A stretch of 64,000 nucleotides of DNA from Chloropicon primus. Its lineage: Eukaryota. This document shows, one piece after another, positions 24,701 through 36,074 of the stretch (the stretch's first letter is position 1; the number at the start of each line of letters is the position of its first letter). The translations under genes and the position numbers were made by a program. The notes under the pieces are model-generated. The model ran no database searches. It was given only the letters and a program-made list of their open reading frames with translations, and was not told where the DNA came from. The DNA is taken from positions 310,001-374,000 of the forward strand of contig CP060768.1 in NCBI GenBank assembly GCA_023205875.1. Direction: 5' to 3'.

Positions 24701-26180
24701 CGGATTGCTTGCACTGCGCCATCTGGCACACGAAGTCCGTTTGCAACTTGTTGTCGTCGCCGCCCCCCACAATGGGCTTGCTCCCGAAGTCACACTCGCT
24801 GGCCAGGCACTGCACGTGGGGTTGGGTCGTGTTTTTGCCACCGAAATCCACGGAACACGTCTTGTTTTTGAGGTCGCACTGCCCCCAAAAGTTCGGGACG
24901 CCGCCGAGAAAAGTCAAAAGAGGGCTTGTTGCGTCGAGCTCGCAAGAGTAGCTCTTGCGATCGATTGCATCGACGAGTGCAACCGACTCCACACAAGTGT
25001 CCCCGCCTTTCACTTCACAGGCCTCATTGAACGTGCACACCTGGCACTGGGGTCCGATCCAACCCTTCTCGCACGTGCAGGTTCCGGCATTTTTGTCAAA
25101 GGCGACTTGCTCGATGCCGTTCTCCTTCTCGAAACTGCACGTCTCGTCAGCAGCGCTGGCTTCCGCCACTTGAGCTGGCTGCGAGAGAAGGGCGCTGCCA
25201 TCGGTCGCGCTCGACGCTCTTTCCGAGGCTGGAGCATCCTCGGCGGTCGAGGTCGAGCTCACGGGCGCCTTCTTGTCGTCCAACCCGCTATCTAGCACGG
25301 TATTGCTCCCGGTGCCAACCTCCTCGGCGGCGCTGGTGGTGTTCCGGAAGCCCGCTCCCGGCACGTCGTAAGAAGAGAACCTCGAGGGCTCCGTGACGCA
25401 ATCGCCAAACGAGCAAGTGAGCTCGATGGGGATGGGAACTTGGCCAGAAAGATCGACTGTGCACCTGGGGGAGGCCGCGGAGCCGACCGTGGCGCAACTG
25501 ATCTTGAAGGCGCTGGCGTCCTGCCCCCCCTCGAACTTCTTCTCCAGCGTGTTGCGAAGGAACTCGGGGATGGACGTCGGCCAACCCAGCTGCCCGGCAG
25601 GTCCGCACTGAATGCTCTGGCAATTGATGCTGGTCTCCCCGGGCTCCGTGCCGGGCTCCGCCTTGCACCCGGACCCCCCGCACGCCACGTGGGCTCGCAA
25701 AACGCTCCCTCCCCCGAAGTTCACCTCGCAGGTCTCGCTCTCGAGGTCGCACTGCCCCCACACGTCGCCGCTCCCCAAGAACGACTTGATTGGGCTGGTG
25801 GCGTCCAGCTGGCAGTAGAACGTCTTGGCCCCGAGCTCCGCGCCTCCGGGGGACGCGAGGGCCGTGGTCCGGACGCAGGTCGTCGAGTTCCTCGTGCTCG
25901 ACGGCGTGCCGCAAGCCTGGTTGCTCGTGCACACGTCGCACGCCGGCCCGATCCAGCCGTCCTTGCAAACGCACAAGTCCCGCGAGAGCGTCGCATCGTA
26001 CCTCACGTTCTTCATCCCCGCCTCCACCTCCTCGGCGCACTGGCCCTCATCCGCCTGCCCCCAAACCCCGGTCGCCGCGCTCGCGACGAGCCAAGAGACC
26101 ACGAGGACGGCCACCGCCCCACGGGAGGAAGACGCAGCCGTCCCCTTCCTCCCGCAACAACCCGAACGCAACGAGGCCAT
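21762..26180 (-). CDS. ABCG half-transporter with a duplicated N-terminal EGF/Cys-rich ectodomain (fungal ADP1-type architecture)
   Basis: Signal peptide, CxCxxGWIGPxCxVC twice, a TM helix, Walker A GPSGCGKS, signature ISGGERRR, Walker B LDEPTSGLD and a C-terminal ABC2 membrane domain. ATG at 26180. Confidence 0.9.
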   Translation of the reverse strand: MASLRSGCCGRKGTAASSSRGAVAVLVVSWLVASAATGVWGQADEGQCAEEVEAGMKNVRYDATLSRDLCVCKDGWIGPACDVCTSNQACGTPSSTRNSTTCVRTTALASPGGAELGAKTFYCQLDATSPIKSFLGSGDVWGQCDLESETCEVNFGGGSVLRAHVACGGSGCKAEPGTEPGETSINCQSIQCGPAGQLGWPTSIPEFLRNTLEKKFEGGQDASAFKISCATVGSAASPRCTVDLSGQVPIPIELTCSFGDCVTEPSRFSSYDVPGAGFRNTTSAAEEVGTGSNTVLDSGLDDKKAPVSSTSTAEDAPASERASSATDGSALLSQPAQVAEASAADETCSFEKENGIEQVAFDKNAGTCTCEKGWIGPQCQVCTFNEACEVKGGDTCVESVALVDAIDRKSYSCELDATSPLLTFLGGVPNFWGQCDLKNKTCSVDFGGKNTTQPHVQCLASECDFGSKPIVGGGDDNKLQTDFVCQMAQCKQSEKFGWPASLPTFIRGPLSSQNTSITISCKGGTEGGVCTVQVALIPLPIDIKCKFGDCYQKESSAGTSQTELIQNDVPVISGSKNESELPLEMIFLPILLLVLIFLAVGMVLYTQMKKQYYRSLFSKEMMKLTGAKKSMLSRMSSSSDMSPALRASVKYYPENAKSDKYTDLNMNLVSELSFKNIFYDVVANPDDENWMKDGTSVHAKLGNFKQKLGNFGENIKMKVDSSLRDMNSLLTKKKSLSEVLSDKSKSVELEMQQKDQEDAKRETNSLPEFRDDDVVSDLEEIYTPVSTPGVAAESPSRGQIPSEGGSNPDSGGKGHKRWGSSLGSLGADSYGRSTFYSTVAQTARHMQRTASKVREAVKDTFKKTKRRILHGVSGSVQRGNMLAIMGPSGCGKSTLLNILADGNMYGAKVRGSVEIDGQKRRRWYRHITTYIPQSDELIPIMTVKESIMYSGELQLPWYYSKGRRIHKVYEVLETLKIDHIAQQQVGGSCGIRGISGGERRRVSVGMGLIADPKIMILDEPTSGLDSAAAAQIITTLKELAQKGDGRIVIASLHQPSAETFQELDLLLLLAKGRQIYFGPAERVQDKFNRCGFPCPKGLNIADYILHVVSDLSCLRELINVQQELDALAISSSGSGSDDQDQAGLYAPALTSGETLKPSDESFAKSRGTRNRSLDNLWRVEMYKPFTTELRVCLTRSFKQIWRRPLLFRLQVALAIIAALLSMAMFSDMSRTIAGVQNRIGFLFFQLAFFAFAGISSLDLILEERSVFVREIQGKFYTPWAYYLSKVIVDGLMLRVIPMVIYDVMTYWTVGLRPGADHFFIYLIATVLFSLGCGALSVAVTMGSKTGGVASLGIILLLLFSMMFGGFLSARDSIPSWISWIQYLSLFYHVMGALVSNEIRGVTFSTTISGITVKFTGTDVLDQIKFAIAPNITEYIGALTALWFMWLVIGYIAMKIYLFDGTWKSMIWKKKTE

Positions 26181-27256
26181 CCTTCGCACAAAGCAAGGCA
26201 AGCGAAAAAAACCAACCCCAAACCCACGCCTCAGTCACTCGTTTGTTTCCCCCCTCTCCTCTCCTCTCCTCTCCTCTCCGCCCCTTGCACGAGAGAGAAC
26301 CTCCTCCGATCGCGCGTCCAAACCTCAAAGCCCTCGACCGATCGATCGGCGCCACGTACGTAGACAACCAAAGGCCTCCCGTCCTCCTCCTCCGCGAGCG
26401 TTACGAGCGTTACGAACCCCTCCCCCCCTCGCCGCGTTGACCGGCCGTCTCTCTTGGCGTTTCAGTTTCAATTCATTTCCATTCCCAACTCTCGAGATGA
26501 TTTGGGTCTTTGGGAAAAGTTAGGGACGGATGGAGGGAGGGAGGGCGGGCGGGCGGGAGGGCGGGATGGGTTTGATCCCCAGGAGCGAGGCTTGATGGGT
26601 TCCTTCCCTCCTTCCCTCCTTCCCATCCCAGCCTCTCGTTCCGGCCTCCATCGATCGATTTTGCTTGGTTGGTGTTGTGAGGTACACAAGGGGAGAGAGA
26701 AAGATTGGAGGAGGAGGAGGACGGATGAAGAGAATTTGAAAGCAGATCAATGCTAAGAAACGGTTTCGATTTTACTCGATCTCCACCTCCACCCTGTTGC
26801 TTCCTTCGTCCTCCGTCCACAGCAACAAGAGTAACTGGAGGGATCCACCCTCCTCTCTGCAGCAGGGTTCCCCGCGTTGTGGTCTGCCTGGATTGCAACC
26901 GCCGAGAAGACAGACGGGTTTGTGGAGGAGGAGAGGGAGAGAGAGAGACATCCATCCATCCATCTCCCACTCCTTCCCCCCTCAAGGCTCCCCTCTCCTC
27001 TCGTCTTGGCCTGATGCCTCCGGACAATTGAAGTTTTTTGAAATGTGGAGACTTGAAGCTTGTCGTCTTGGGGGCAAGGGGACCGAGAGGGGTGACCGAG
27101 ACGAGGCCGGGATCATCTGCGGACGATAGGTTCCTCCGCTCCTTCCCCCTCCCCGGCAGCGAGAACGAAAAGCAAACCCAACCGTCGTCCAGGCTTCGCG
27201 CGCGCGCGCGCGCGAGAGAGAGAGAATTGATCGAGAAGGAACACCGTGCCAGCAGG

Positions 27257-28022
27257 ATGGACTGGAACAACGTGACGACGGATGAGCTCGTGGACGCGTT
27301 GAGGCAGGTGGACTGGAAGGCGAGGCCTCGGCCGCTTGTGGAGATGTTTCGCAACTTGACGTACCCGAGGACTGGAAAGCGGTGGCGAGGGAGGTTGAAG
27401 TGCAACTTGTACTACTACAGGACCAACTACTTTGGGATTGTGTTGCTGTCGTACGTGCACCGGTTCTACCTCAATCCGGGGTCCCTCGTGGCGCTGGTTC
27501 TGTTCTTGGCGGCCGTCATGTGCTTGAACGACAACTTCGCAAACCTTGCGAACGACAAGCTCATGAGAGTGGTGAGTGGCTTGGCTTGGAGGAGAGCGAG
27601 CGTCGTTCAGAGGGAGAGGGACACGAGCTCTTCTCTCAGTCGCGTGCGTGCGTGTTTTGTTTTCCGCTGACTCGTCCATCTTTCTTCGCAAGCTTCGAAA
27701 AGTTTCTCCCCCCCTGGCGGTGAAGCTCCGGGGCATGGCCAGGCCGTCCCACTCTCCACTGGGCGGAACAAGGGTCATGGACAGGAAGCTTTACATCTGT
27801 GGCTTGCAAAGGAACCGCGTCGTTTTCGCCCTTGTTTTCGCGGCCTGCTTCGTCACTTACCTCTCCTCCGCAGTCTCCGCTCTGGTTTGGGCCACGATCT
27901 GGGGGGTCGCCATCGTCTTCGCTCACGCGTCCCTCCGGACCCACAACCTCAAGGCACGGATGACGAGCGCGAGGGAGGAGTTCAGAGCCGTCTGGAGATC
28001 CACGACCGACTACACGCTGTAA
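27257..28022 (+). CDS. PRA1 (prenylated Rab acceptor) family, PRA1.A-like; exons 27257-27571 and 27693-28022
   Basis: MDWNNVTTDELVDALRQVDW, RLKCNLYYYRTNY, HASLRTHNLKAR...REEFRAVWR. Confidence 0.88.
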
Positions 28023-28036
28023 TGCATTCGACAACA

Positions 28037-29619
28037 TTATTCTCGCCCGCCCGTCTCGCCTTCCCGCGTCAATCGAGTGACTTCCTGCGGCAGCTTCGAC
28101 TCGTCTTCAACGAGGATCGCGTCCACCAGCCGTTTTGAGAGGTAGGCGTGGTAGAGCAGCCCCCTGGCGCCCAACCCAAGCAAGTACCAAGTCTTGTCAT
28201 TGATTTTGCCGCACACTGGCAGCCTTCCCTCTTCGCTCTTGGGTGGCAGGGCTCGGACGCCGCAGTGCACGGACGACAGCTCGTACCCTTGGAGCAGGCC
28301 GGGGAAAATGGTGTCGCTCTTCTCCAGGAGGCGGCTGGCCATCGCCATCATCTTCTCTCGGTTCACCACTTGGGCGCGATCATCGAGGCCGTCGGCGATG
28401 TGACAATATCGGCTCCCCAGGGCGTCTTCGGGATCCACCTGCTCCTCCGAATGGACGGCGCCCAGCACTGCCTTGTCTTCCGGCTGCTTTACCACGTACG
28501 TTTGGCCCAGCAGCGAAGGATCGCAGTCGATGGACGCGAGCAAGCCTCGATCTTCGGGGGAAGCCACTGCCTTGGTCGACAGCGCAGTTTCCAGCTCGAC
28601 GCCAAAAGTCTCGCTGAGCCTCAGAGGGAACTTGCCTCGAAGCTCCTTGATGGTGCCCACGGCGGCACCGGCGCAGATTATGATCTGAAAGGCAGGCCGC
28701 GCGAGTCAGCAAGCAAAACGAGCAAGGAAACCGACGGACGGGCCCGGACTTACCGTGGTGTACCCCTGTCCCTCTAACATCTCTAGAGATGGAACCAATG
28801 TCTTGCAGAGTCTCAGGCTCACATCCCGTCCTTCCCCGGCCATCGAGTGGCAGACTCCTTCAAGAAGCTCGAGATATTTTGGTGAGTTCACCGCGTAAGC
28901 ATGAGGAGTGTACATATATCCCGGTGCCTTGCCCCTGCAGTCGTCACCTCTTCCCGTTGCCGCCTCCGCCCCCCTCACCACATGCAGCTCAATCTCCCCT
29001 CTCCTCTCTGCCTTGATCCTGCCGCAAACGCGTTTCACGTCAGCACGATCATCCGTCGTCGTCGAGGCCCCTCGTTGGATCCCCCACACACAAACAAACA
29101 AGTCACTCACCGTTCGAAACGTTCCAAATCCTTTTCGCTTTTCGCAACCTTGAGGACTCCAGTCTGCCTCAAGATCGCCTCGTTGCCATCGTTCGGCAGC
29201 TTCTCTTGCCGCCACCTATCGATCTGCTTCATCAGGGCGAGGGTCTCGTTCATGGCCTCCACGCCTCTCCACGTCACGTTGCCTCGGGTGTTGAGCGGGT
29301 GGAGGATGCCTGCAGCAACGGCGGAGGCCCCTGAACCAACGCCATGCGCATCGTAAACATCGATTTCGATCTTGCCTCCTCGATGACGTAGCCCCTGCTC
29401 CTCCTTTAGTTGTCTCAGCAAGTTCCAACAGACGCCCAGGCCTGCGAAGCCCGCCCCCACGATCGCAAAACGGGTTTTGGATGTCTCGCCCAAACCCCCT
29501 TCCGAGGACTGCCTTCCCGCGAGACACACAACCGGAAGGAAACCACGCAGCTGCGACCTGGACTTGAGGCTGGCGCCATATCTTGACCCCACCCTCGCAC
29601 CCTCCAACCGCGACAGCAT
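28037..29619 (-). CDS. FAD-dependent oxidoreductase (DAO/glycine oxidase/MnmC-like), multi-exon, probable organellar transit peptide
   Basis: Rossmann motif IVGAGFAG, GASAVAAGILHP, C-terminal GVRALPP...GLGARGLLYHAYL. Confidence 0.8.
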
Positions 29620-30132
29620 CCTCCCACCTCAAGCTACCATCTCTGCGATCCATCCGAACAGCGTGCGACCTCATCGTTAGTCTCGACATCCCCTCAACAT
29701 CCGCACCACATCATCCTAACTCACCTCCTCCCTTCGAGTCGTCCACTCGGCCATTCCCTCGAAGCGACCCCTCGTTCGAAAGATCGAGACGTGATCCTCG
29801 AGCTCCTCCACCCCAACCCCTCCCTCCCGTCCCGACGCGGCCTCTCGTCGCCCTCGTCGCTCTCTCCCTCCTCACCTCCTTCTCTCTTCACGGGAACTTT
29901 CTCTTCCGCGTCCTCCAATCCTCACCACGCCACCATTCCCTTCAAGCGACGGCTTGTTCGAAAGATCGAGACGCGTACCTTGCGTCTATCCCGTTCCCCC
30001 TCCGTTACCGTCCCCTCCCTCGTCACCAAGGCCATCGATCGCGCGATCGCTCGCTCGATCCTTCTCCCCCTGACTGATCGACTGATCGGCGCGAAACAGA
30101 AAAACGATCGGCGATCGGCGGAGGAGGTGAGG

Positions 30133-30177
<45 letters not shown>

Positions 30178-30641
30178 GAGGATCGATCGATCGATCACTC
30201 TTCTTCTCGCCCACGCCTCGCGTTGCTGCTCTTGAAGCGGAAGACGTTTCGTTTCGTTTCGTTTTGTTTTGTTTTGTTGTGTTTTGTCCCAAGCTCTTGG
30301 GAAGGAAGGAAGGATCCCATGAGCCTGAGCTTGGGCGACGCGTTTGGATTCCCAAGGACGGACAGCTGGAAGAATGAGAGGATCGGGACCAAGTGTTCCT
30401 GCGTCCAGGACTCGAATTGGGAACGAAAACGTGGTCGCTCGGGTTTCTGCCTTTTTTTTCGGCGGGGCGTGATCCCTCCGTCGTCGTCGTGTTGACCCTC
30501 GAGTCGGGTGTTCTGAAGCTAACGACGCGTTTTCTTGTTTCTGCCGTCAACCTCTTTGTCCAAGCAGTTTGCCTTGCGTCCGCGCTCTCTTTTGACTGGA
30601 GACGAAGAGCTGCTAGCCCGAGCCCAGAGTCACCACCCACC

Positions 30642-32165
30642 ATGTATGGAGGAGGTAAGAGATCGAGGGACCGTGTGTGTTTGTGTTTGTGTTTGTGAGA
30701 GAGGGAGGGAGGGAGGAAGAGGCGTTTGCCCGACGAATGGGACTAACTTTGTTCCGCACCGTGTTCAGACGAGGTCAATGCTATTGTGATAGATGTGGGA
30801 ACTCACGCCGTGAAGGCCGGTTATGCGGGTGAGGAGTCTCCCAAGGTTTACTACCCTTCGTGTGTGGGCGCGTTGACGAGGGACAAGACCGAGACGCGGG
30901 ACACCAATGGAAAGTCAGGTCAGAATGGCGCCCAGGCGGGCGGCAGGGATGTTGAGATGGCGGAGGCCGGCGCGGACGCCTCGACTACGCCGAAAAAGGA
31001 GGGAGAGGCCTCGAAGGCGGGGAACAAATCGGATAGAGACCTTTTCGTTGGTCACTTTGCTTTGAACTACAGAAGAGACGGCATGGAAGTCCTCAGCCCC
31101 TTTGAGCAGAAGACAGGCCTGCTAAACGACTGGGAGATAGTGGAAAACATTTGGAACTACACCTTGAAGGACAGGCTTCAGATCGATCCCAAGGAGCATC
31201 CCGTGTTGTTGGCGGAGCCAAACTTCAACACGAACGAGTGCAGGGAGAAGTCCTTGGAGATCCTGTTCGAGACCTTCCAGCCTCCAGCAGTTTTCCTGTC
31301 GAAAAATGCGTGCTTGAGCTCCTACTCTGCGGGAAGGCCCACGAGTCTTGTGATCGACATGGGACATCAGTCCAGTGTCGCGGCGGCTGTCCACGACGGC
31401 TACCTCCTTCAGAAGTCCGTTTCGAGGTCAAGAATCGGTGGAGACCTTCTCACCGAGTGCATGCACAGGAGCGTGCAATCAAAGGACATCAAAGTGAGAC
31501 CAAGGTACGCTTTCGAGAGGACCGAGTCCAAGCAGAACAAAGGGACTTTTGACGTGAAGGAGTTGGACGACTACAAGGGGAGCACGACGGAGACCTACCA
31601 CAAGTGGAGCGTGGAGCAGATCCTCTCGGATCTCAAGGAGACCGTGTGCAGAGTAAGCGAGAGCGTTTTCAACGAGGAGGAGCATGCCAACATCCCGACC
31701 GTGACGTACGAGCTCCCCGATGGGACTGAAGTCCAGATCGGCAGCGACAGGTTCAAGGTGCCCGAGGTGCTCTTCAACCCTGGGCTGGTTCAGACGTTCC
31801 AGGACGCCCAGACCATCGAGAACATGGGCGTGCTGCCCCTGCAAAGCATGACGTCTCTGGTGATGGAGAGCATAACGAAGGTCGACGTGGACGTGAGGAA
31901 AGAGCTTTACAATGGCATCATTCTGGCTGGCGGAAGTTCCATGCTGCCCAACGTGCGAGAGAGGCTGGAAAGGGAGATTCTCGAGCAAGCCCCAGGGCAA
32001 GCGAGGGTGAAGGTCATCGCGTCTCAAAATGTGATGGAAAGGAAGTTTGGGGTCTGGATTGGCGGCAGCATCCTCGCCTCTCTCGGAAGCTTCCAGCAGT
32101 GCTGGATGAGCAAGCAGGAATACGAGGAGAAGGGCGCTTCCCTGATTCATTTGAAGGCTCCATAG
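30642..32165 (+). CDS. ARP4: Actin-related protein 4; exons 30642-30654 and 30769-32165
   Basis: Spliced N-terminus MYGG|DEVNAIVIDVG...KAGYAGE is typical of ARP4. C-terminal WIGGSILASLGSFQQCWMSKQEYEE. Confidence 0.92.
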
Positions 32166-32374
32166 CTGTCAGGGCGAGTATGAAAGCGCTTGCTGGACAC
32201 ACGAACGAGAGTGGTGGGAGGAAAACCTTACTTTTCCCTAAACATAGAAATCCCAACTCCTATTAACAAACGAGTTACTGAAATAAAAAAAGGGGTCCCC
32301 AGGTGTTCATTGCCACAAAAACGCATGTCACCGCGCTGCACGCTCGGCCCGCCCCCCCTTCTCTTTCCGCGGGC

Positions 32375-33173
32375 TCACTTCCCCCCCACTCTGTCTCTTG
32401 GGATCAGTCGGAGCTCCGACCCGTGCTTCAGGAACACGTTGCCCGCGCTCTGCTGTGGGTTGATTCCGACGCCATCGTTCGTGATGATCGCACTGGTCTG
32501 GGCTGGGACTTTGAACTGAGCCAAGCAGCCGGCGAGGGAAAGAGAAAAAGACGAAGTGTCAGAGTCTCCGCCTGCCAAAGAAAAGAAAACTTGGCTTGCT
32601 GATCACCTGAATTGCCCCCCAGCTCGTGGAGAAGCGCTCTCACCTCCTCGGCCGCGTACTTGAGCACGGCGGTAAATGGCGCCTCCTCCGGGACGCTCAG
32701 CACCCTGTAAGGAAGCTTCGGGTCCGAAGTCAGCGTGATCTTGAACGTTACTTTCGACCTGCAGGGCAAGTTCAGGAAATGCAAACGGAGGGCAAAAGCA
32801 AAAAGCTGTCAGCAACACTGGGTCCTTCCCTTGCTCTCCAAAAGAGCCTGCGCAATGGCTGCGAAGCGGTTTCCTCGTTCTATGCGGAAGGAGGACCACA
32901 CCACCGCCAGGAAGGGTCCTCGGTTCCAGGCGGACCTCTCACGAAAGGAATGGAGCCCACTGGCTCAAGAGGCTTCCCACCATGGTTTGGCACTCCTCGA
33001 AGACCACTCCAACATCATGGATGGAGGTCGTTCCCCTCCTTCCTGCAGTCAAAATGCTCCACCAAGGTATCAAACGAAAGATCACAAAACCTATTTTCGC
33101 TTGATTCCTCTCAAAAAACCTCCTACTCGGTCCATAACTTGGTCAAAAACAAAACAAACACACAAACTTACAT
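32375..33173 (-). CDS. UFM1: Ubiquitin-fold modifier 1; exons ending 33173-33172 (AT), 32758-32644 and 32515-32375
   Basis: [85 protein letters not shown]. Confidence 0.93.
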
Positions 33174-33880
33174 TGCTCCGGCCTCTGTCCTCTTCTCTCT
33201 CTCTCTCTCTCTCTCTGCTGGTGGTGTTTAAATTTGCGACTAGTACCACCAAATTTCAAAAGTCAAAGAAGCGGCGGAAAAAATACAGAAAAGCGGCGAA
33301 AACGGAGAGAAGCGAAGCGAGAGGTCGGTGCGCGTCGTGTTTGTTTGTTTGTTGTCTCGAGAGTGTGAGTGAGTGAGAGGGAAGGGAAAAACGAAGGTCA
33401 CGACGATCGTTACAACTCTCCCTCCCTCGTAACCGCTCCCTTCGTCAGGACTCCGTGAAAAAACTGAACTCTGTTCTCTCTGTCTCTGTCTCTCTGTCTC
33501 TCTGTCTGTCCGCTGCTTGGGTCGGTCGTTGTTCTTCTTCATCCCCATGGCATAGGTTGAGGAAGGGAGGAGCGTTACGGAAAGCGTGCGGCGTTTACAT
33601 GATACACGAAACGTCCAAGAGAAGTTTATTCCTATCAAGAGTTCTTGAGAAAGACAAGCCGCCTCGACCCTGCTGACCAAAGGAGAGGAGCAAACGTCGT
33701 CGTGATATCACATCACATCACTTTGCTGGGTTTGAGTTTTGTTGCAGGGGTTTGTGGGATTCTTTTTTGGGGGGGAGAGAGAGGGCGAGCTTGAGGGAGA
33801 CGGCTCGGTGTTCGTTGCGGATAAAGACCAGTGAGTTGAGATCTTTGCTGAGGTGCACACAGACCACACTGCCGTGTTAT

Positions 33881-33937
33881 ATGCTCGGGGGATTCAAAGA
33901 AGGTCGAAGAACGAGTGGTGGCCGTGCTCCGGTATAG
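33881..33937 (+). promoter_or_regulatory. Candidate uORF in the eIF5 5' leader (MLGGFKEGRRTSGGRAPV*)
   Basis: ATG in weak context (tatATGc); its stop lies 71 nt before the main accATGt. Confidence 0.5.
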
Positions 33938-34008
33938 CAGAAGGGGTTTGGCGCTCGCATTGCTGTGAAGTTATAGACGGAGGGGAAGGGACTTGACTTT
34001 TGGTGACC

Positions 34009-35193
34009 ATGTCGACTATCAATATCGGCGCAAACAACGCCGACGATGCCTTTTACAGGTATAAGATGCCCAAGCTCCAGTCTCGTGTCGAGGGCAGGGG
34101 TAACGGCGTGAAGACGAACGTGGTGAACATGGTGGAGATAGCCAAGGCGTTGGGGAGACCACCGAGCTATACCACCAAGTACTTTGGTTGCGAGCTCGGG
34201 GCCCAGTCCAAGTTCAGCAAGGACAGTGGGCAGTCCATCGTGAACGGTGCGCACGACTCCCGCACCCTCTCTGAAGTCTTGGAGGGTTTCATCAAGAAGT
34301 TCGTGCAATGCTATTCTTGCGGCAACCCCGAGACCGTGATTGAGGTGGACAAGAAGGATTTCATCACCCTGACTTGCAAGGCTTGCGGCCACGTGTCTGA
34401 AGTCGACCCTCGCCACAAGCTGAACACGTTCATCATCAAGAACCCTCCGAAGAACAAGTCGACAAAAAAGAAGGCGGTCGACAAGATGAGGAGGCAGGAC
34501 AGGGAGAGGGAGGAGCTCGGAGAGCAGCTTGATGCGGAGACGGCCAAGAAGGACAAGAGCAAGAAGAAGAAGGAAAAGTCCGAGAGGAAGGAAAAGAGGG
34601 AAAAGAGGAAGAAGGACAAGGAGAGCGTCGACTCCCCAAAGAAGGCGGCTGCCGAGGACACCGAGGAAGTCACCGAGAAGCTCTCGGACATGTGCTTCAC
34701 TCCAGAGCAGAAGATGATCATCTCGCTGAGGGAAATGCTTGACGAGAAAGCTTCCAGCAAGGACATTGCCAAATACGCCCTCAACAGCGAAGCGATCGAA
34801 GGACTCGAGATCAGGATGAAGCTCTTGGTCGAGGCCGTTTTCGGCAACTGCTCCAAGTCCCTCGCCGAGTACACCGTGAAGAAGTGCAAGTACTTCAAGG
34901 CAGCCGCGAAGGACGAGGCGAAGCAGCTTGCCTTGCTCGCCGGCATCGAGCACTTTGTTGGCACCAGAAAGGAGTACACAAAGGAAACTCCTTTGGTGCT
35001 CAAGGCTTTGTACGACGCTGATGCTGCGGAGGAGGAAGCCGTGCTCAAGTGGTTCAACAACAAGGCCCATGCCTCAAGCTTGGGGGTGGACGAGTCCGTT
35101 GCCACGGCCGTGAGAAAGCACGCCAGCCCCTTCATCAACTGGTTGGAGACGGCAGAGAGTGACGAGGAGAGCTCGGAAGAGGAGAGTGATTAA
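34009..35193 (+). CDS. EIF5: Translation initiation factor eIF5
   Basis: DAFYRYKMP...EGRGNGVKT, KYFGCELGAQ, zinc ribbon C..CGNPET...CKACG, and a W2 domain ending PFINWLETAE. Confidence 0.95.
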   Translation: MSTINIGANNADDAFYRYKMPKLQSRVEGRGNGVKTNVVNMVEIAKALGRPPSYTTKYFGCELGAQSKFSKDSGQSIVNGAHDSRTLSEVLEGFIKKFVQCYSCGNPETVIEVDKKDFITLTCKACGHVSEVDPRHKLNTFIIKNPPKNKSTKKKAVDKMRRQDREREELGEQLDAETAKKDKSKKKKEKSERKEKREKRKKDKESVDSPKKAAAEDTEEVTEKLSDMCFTPEQKMIISLREMLDEKASSKDIAKYALNSEAIEGLEIRMKLLVEAVFGNCSKSLAEYTVKKCKYFKAAAKDEAKQLALLAGIEHFVGTRKEYTKETPLVLKALYDADAAEEEAVLKWFNNKAHASSLGVDESVATAVRKHASPFINWLETAESDEESSEEESD

Positions 35194-35324
35194 AACGGAG
35201 CGGAACCGATTGATCAGATTGGTGGCAGCATGGTGGAGAGGCGGTCGCGTATTTTTTGCGGTATGCGCAGCTATGTAGCGTGTAAACAAAAGGAGAAAAT
35301 AGATTTACAATACACAAAAGCTTT

Positions 35325-36074
35325 TTATGAGACCACGTAGAGCGAGTTCATCAACTTGTCTTCGACGTCTTGCGTATCCACTCCTCTCTTTTCCTCTGCC
35401 GCCGTCGCTTCTCCGCCTTCCAAGGCCAAGTAAGCGAGGTGGCTTGGCGACAATTGTATTGTCGTGGTGGGGGTCGAATCAAGCTGAGGCGTGGGGGGGG
35501 AGCCCATGCTAAGGCAGTCGAGCGAGTCCAGCGACTTTCTCTCCGACCTGACCTTCATTCCAGCGGGGGTTAAGGTTGGAAACTCTGGAGTAAGACACGG
35601 ATCAGCGCCACCACCAAGCCCGCTGGCCTCTCGGTTTCTGCTCGACTTCTTGCGCCCCAAGACGTCGCAAGTCGATGGCGTCGCCACCATCTTGGGCGTT
35701 GGGGGGAAGGACGAGTCGCTGCTACTCTCCTGGACCGGCGTCGTCGCCAGAGGTGGGGATGCCTGTGCCCTCCCTCGCACCGGTGGGGATGCCTGGTCGC
35801 TCTGAGGGGAGCCCACAGGCGACAAAATAGGGATGGACTCCACGCTTCGATCCTTCTCCGACTGCATTCGGATCAAGTGAGGCGACGTCGGAGAGTTTCT
35901 CTCCAGCTTGGTGTACCACTCTTGTATCTGTGACCGAAACTTCATGACCTCTTCTGATATGCCCTTCACTTTCGAGGTCTTCAGGGAGCACAACTTCTGA
36001 ACATCTCTCAGGTTGGCGTCCACCTCGCGGAGAGCGCTTCGTATGCCTTCGCTGTTGGGCGACAAGGGTTCCAT
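35325..36074 (-). CDS. Hypothetical protein with an N-terminal coiled coil and an S/T-P-rich tail
   Basis: Single ~250-codon ORF filling the gap between eIF5 and RPF1, with accATGg at 36074. Confidence 0.55.
   Translation of the reverse strand: MEPLSPNSEGIRSALREVDANLRDVQKLCSLKTSKVKGISEEVMKFRSQIQEWYTKLERNSPTSPHLIRMQSEKDRSVESIPILSPVGSPQSDQASPPVRGRAQASPPLATTPVQESSSDSSFPPTPKMVATPSTCDVLGRKKSSRNREASGLGGGADPCLTPEFPTLTPAGMKVRSERKSLDSLDCLSMGSPPTPQLDSTPTTTIQLSPSHLAYLALEGGEATAAEEKRGVDTQDVEDKLMNSLYVVS

Noticed and set aside
27197..27225. (CG)n/(GA)n tract, and other GA/CT and trinucleotide microsatellites
   Set aside because: Common in UTRs and promoters throughout this window, with no specific evidence of function.
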